Positions 60,331 to 64,000 of a DNA stretch of 64,000 nucleotides are shown in pieces. Origin of the DNA: Paraspadella gotoi (lineage: Eukaryota; Animalia; Chaetognatha). Under the pieces are notes generated by a model that did no database searches, was not told the DNA's origin, and was given only the letters and a program-made list of their open reading frames with translations. Numbering within the stretch: position 1 is the first letter of the stretch; every line of letters starts with the position of its first letter. The stretch spans positions 26,447,387 to 26,511,386 of the forward strand of contig CM119266.1 of NCBI GenBank assembly GCA_051294375.1, read 5' to 3'. The position numbers were made by a program, and so were the translations under genes.

Positions 60331-61763
60331 TATCTCGCCAGACGTCTTGGTGTGATTTTGGTTCGTCTTTACGCTTCTTTACCATCGCAATTTTTATTTC
60401 TCTTTTAATTATGTCGCTCTTTCTTCTGATTCGTTTAAAAACGAGTTCAGCTATGCAGCGTTGTCCATCTATTTCTCTTTTCTCTCTCATACATGCATGT
60501 TTTATTTACAATGAATGACTCATCGCGTTAATGAATGATTATCATCGCTTCAATCTATTGGTTATCATCGCATCAATATTTGGTTATCATCGCATCAATA
60601 TTTGTTTATCATGGCATTAATAATTGGTTATCATGTTATCAACAATTGGTTATCATGTTATCAATAATGGGTCATCATTGCATCAATAAATTATTATTAC
60701 ATCAATCAATTACTATTACATCAATCAATCAATTACTAATACATCAATCAATTATTATGAAATTGGTACAACCAATATAAAAATTATCCATTCATTTAAT
60801 AAATAAGCTATCTTGCCCCTGACTTTGGACAGGCTTTGGTGGTTTAAGGCCTCCATCACTCTTACAAGATAATGATATAGCAGGTCCCTGCAAGCTTTCA
60901 ATCAAGACTCTCTCACAGACTCGTTTATTCACTCCCAGAGTACCTGGCTTCCTATCAATGAAGTAGAAAATATTTCAAAGAATGTTTCAATTGTATGAAT
61001 AAATTATCAATAAATTATTATTACATCAATCAATAAATTATTATTACATTAATTAATGAATTACTATAACATTATTATTCCAAATTATAGATCGCCTTTT
61101 TTATGATTAAATTTGGGTGTATAAAGCTGAAAATTTATATATAGCTTCTCATCATCGATGTGCTTAAAATTGAGTCTGGACAGTTATTAAATGTTTTGTT
61201 TACGTTTTATCAAAATAAACAATTTTTTTTTCTTTTTTTATATTTCTTTCTCTCTCTCTTTTCTCTTTTAATTATATGTCTCTCTCCCTCTCTCTTTTCC
61301 CAAGTCACTGATTCATAGTGAAAAAACGAGTCTGCAGCTGGCTCTGCAGGGGCTTATTCTTTTTCTCTCTTTTCTCCTGCTGCTTTTGTTGCTGCATTTT
61401 TTTTTTTTTTTTTTTTTTCTGGTTGCCTCTGCTGCTGCCGCTTCTGATTCGTCCGAAAACGATATGGCTTTTTTCTCTCTCTCTCTCTTTCTTTTTTTTT
61501 AAATGAAAATGATTAGAATTTTTTTTTAATGCTGAAAAAAAAATTATCCTTTTTCAGTTTTCGGCCCGACTTTATAACTCTTAGTGTGATGCAATAGTTT
61601 TTGAGAAATCGTCTGTTTATTTTTTTCTTGGGGGATGCGTCTGCTGATTAGTTTATTAACAATGACAATTGATAATGACAATTGATAATAACAATTGACA
61701 ATGACAAAAAAAAACTTTTTTTTTGATAGTAACGTCTGGCGAGATCACTATACTTTTAAGATT
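60331..61763 (+). mobile_element. HINE-like element (family C subTIRs, family B body)
   Basis: subTIRs ATCTCGCCAGACGT / ACGTCTGGCGAGAT; internal ~21-bp tandem (TTGGTTATCATCGCATCAATA-like, 60535-60690); 61080-61700 matches 51120-51720; ends ATACTTTTAAGATT. Confidence 0.6.
60756..61000 (-). repeat. Copy of the young ~260-bp repeat
   Basis: Near-identical to 61777-62017 and 45469-45735. Confidence 0.8.
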
Positions 61764-61776
61764 TTTATTTTTTATT

Positions 61777-62017
61777 ATGAAATTGGTACAACCAATATAA
61801 AAATTATCCATTCATTTAATAAATTAGCTATCTTGCCCCTGACTTTGGACAGGCTTCGGTGGTTTAAGGCCTCCATCACTCTTACAAGATAATGACATAG
61901 CAGGTCCCTGCAAGCTTTCAATCAAGACTCTCTCACAGTCTTGTTTATTCACTCCCAGAGTACCTGGCTTCCCTATCAATGAAGTGGAAAATATTTCAAA
62001 GAATGTTTCAATTGTAT
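61777..62017 (-). repeat. Copy of the young ~260-bp repeat
   Basis: Near-identical to 60756-61000. Confidence 0.8.
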
Positions 62018-62890
62018 TAATTTTTTATTTAGAATATTATTATTATATTTTATTATAAATTTATTATTATTATTTTTTCAAAATTTAATTTTAATTATTC
62101 AGTGATTTCTTTTATTTTATTATGTGTTGAAGTTGTTTGAAGCAAGAAAATTTTATTAGTGTTTACAAACACTAAATTTAAAAAAAAAATTGTTCACGTT
62201 GATGTATTAAAGCATAAATGTGTCTGTTTTTTTATTTTTAAAAAAGTTCAATGTTTGTAAATGTTAATAAAATTTGTTTTTCTTCAAATCTTGCTTCAAA
62301 AATTTTAATTATCATATATTTAACCCTAACTTACCTCTAATTAACCTTAATTTACCCTTAACCATAATTTACCCCTAACTTACCCTTTTTTACCCTTTTT
62401 CTACTCAGAAACCGCGAGTTACACCTTAACTTACCATTTAGCTTAACCTATCCTTATCCTATTTTTAACTTATATTTAATTTTGATTTATTTTTAACCTT
62501 AATTTACAATAACCTTAACTTAAAATGATAACATAATCATTACCTAAATATTAATATCAATAATAATAAATATTAAAAAATTATAAAATCTGAATTCTTT
62601 TAATTTTTTCCCCCCATGAAATTAAATCCTCTAATTTTTTTTTTCGTTAATTTATTAAGAAAAACATTTTTCTTCTTTTTCCCATAGACGAACGTATTAA
62701 TCTCCAGAATGCCCTATTAAGAATGGTTGATAGGTTCAATCGGTGATTATTTAATTTGTTTCTGTAATTATGGAATTATAATGTCATTATAATGTTATAA
62801 CTAATTTTTACTATTATTGTTAAAAAATTTCGCATTTCAGTTTTTGGTTAACATGATTTTATTTTAACAAGTGCGAAACCTTCCTTAAAA

Positions 62891-64000
62891 ATGGCCGTCA
62901 AATTCTTACTCGCCACTCTGTTTGTCGCCGAGGTTGTCGGATTTTCTGGCGACGACGTTGGTGCCTCCATAGAGTTTTCTCCAGCTGGAGAAGCAACACA
63001 GATCGCCGCCATTTGCGCCTCTTTTTTCGTTGCATCCGCCGTTCTCATCTACGTAATCAGCGTTTTCGGCATGCGGGAGAGAACCTTCGAAGAAGCGTTG
63101 GAGGAGCAGAGAAAGCGACAACGGGAAGCTCCGTTGTCATCGATCCCGATTCGCTCCAAAAGGCCACTATCAAAATCCGTTGGAGCGATCGGGGCGAAAG
63201 CGGAGAAAAAGAAAAAGGAAGGAAAGAAAAGAGTTGTAGGCGCCAGCCCCAAGACGAATGGCGTAATTCCTTCGCCGCCCCCGCTGACTACTATTACGAA
63301 GAAAATACTTCAGGAAAATACCACATTTTCGGCAGATGCGGTGTCAACGATCTCCGAAAAGGAGTTGGATCAGGAAGAGTCGGCTATCGTCGATACCGTC
63401 CCTACTGCTTTGAGGTTGGCGAAAAAGAAAAAAAAGGGGAAGAAGAATGGGGCGAACTCTGAGGACGAGGTCGAAACAAAGGAAATCGTTTTACCGGAAA
63501 AGCTAGAAGCGTGCATACTAAAAAACCAAGGATCCGTCCATCTCTCTTATAGCGAACGGAGAGATTTACCTAATGGTGACGTTTCGCGCGAGAAGGAGAT
63601 CGAAATAGAAACAACGCTCAAAATAGAATCAAAGGAAGATGGTCTTTCCACTCCTGCTGCGCCCGCCACGCCCGCCGCGGCCGTGAATGGCTCAATTTTT
63701 TCTGCGACTGAAGAAGAAATTAAAGAGAAGCGAAGGAAGAAAAAGAAGGATTGTTGGGAGGAGACCTATTCTTCTGCCACCAGTGAAGAAGAACAAATTC
63801 TCAAATTGAAACAGAGTCTCGATGAACGCGACAAAATGTTGGCGGAGAATAAGCTGCTAAATGGCCGACTCCAGACTAAGCTTGGAGAGAATCGTGCCCT
63901 TCTAAAAACCGAAAGAGGAAAGGCGGTGGAATGCGAGGCTCGTTTGGCGGAGACAGCAGAGAAAAGTAAAATCGACCTGCAATCACTCGATCTGCGGATG
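62891..64000 (+). CDS. RRBP1: RRBP1 (p180)/kinectin-like ER membrane coiled-coil protein, 5' part, open to window end
   Basis: 370 codons with no stop; FFVASAVLIYVISVFGMRERTFEEALEEQRKR resembles RRBP1 FMVVSAIGIFLVSTFSMKETSYEEALANQRK; Lys-rich tracts, then coiled coil. Absent from the ORF track because it has no stop in the window. Confidence 0.75.
   Translation, partial: MAVKFLLATLFVAEVVGFSGDDVGASIEFSPAGEATQIAAICASFFVASAVLIYVISVFGMRERTFEEALEEQRKRQREAPLSSIPIRSKRPLSKSVGAIGAKAEKKKKEGKKRVVGASPKTNGVIPSPPPLTTITKKILQENTTFSADAVSTISEKELDQEESAIVDTVPTALRLAKKKKKGKKNGANSEDEVETKEIVLPEKLEACILKNQGSVHLSYSERRDLPNGDVSREKEIEIETTLKIESKEDGLSTPAAPATPAAAVNGSIFSATEEEIKEKRRKKKKDCWEETYSSATSEEEQILKLKQSLDERDKMLAENKLLNGRLQTKLGENRALLKTERGKAVECEARLAETAEKSKIDLQSLDLRM

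Noticed and set aside
63013-63462. 149-aa ORF and minus-strand ORFs at 62848-63252
   Set aside because: Wrong frame or strand; the coding frame starts at 62891 and runs off the window.

Overview
AT-rich, repeat-dense genomic DNA from an invertebrate animal, with spliceosomal GT-AG introns and two assembly gaps (2949-2973, 47144-47845). Five host genes were reconstructed by hand, with splice phases checked. (1) A six-exon SPATA7 homologue on the minus strand (32384->10644, about 580 aa); its first two exons are absent from the ORF track. (2) A head-to-head, two-exon C2H2 zinc-finger gene (32793-34783). (3) A six-exon signal peptide/LRR/single-TM receptor with no TIR domain (37133-55019, about 629 aa). 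(4) An intronless, GC-rich GhrA-like D-2-hydroxyacid dehydrogenase (about 59190-60185). (5) The 5' part of an RRBP1/kinectin-like gene (62891 to window end). Introns and spacers are filled with nested transposons: several Helentron/DINE-1-like (HINE) families, hAT-type MITEs (one inserted into an inverted copy of itself, 7-bp TSDs), a Tc1 remnant, a LINE relic, telomere-repeat fold-back MITEs, and a 5'-truncated Penelope-like element with inverted pseudo-LTRs carrying hammerhead ribozyme cores. Further degenerate hammerhead motifs, a three-copy twister-like motif and several structured GC islands are flagged for testing. Family names come from recalled motifs; no searches or computations were run.
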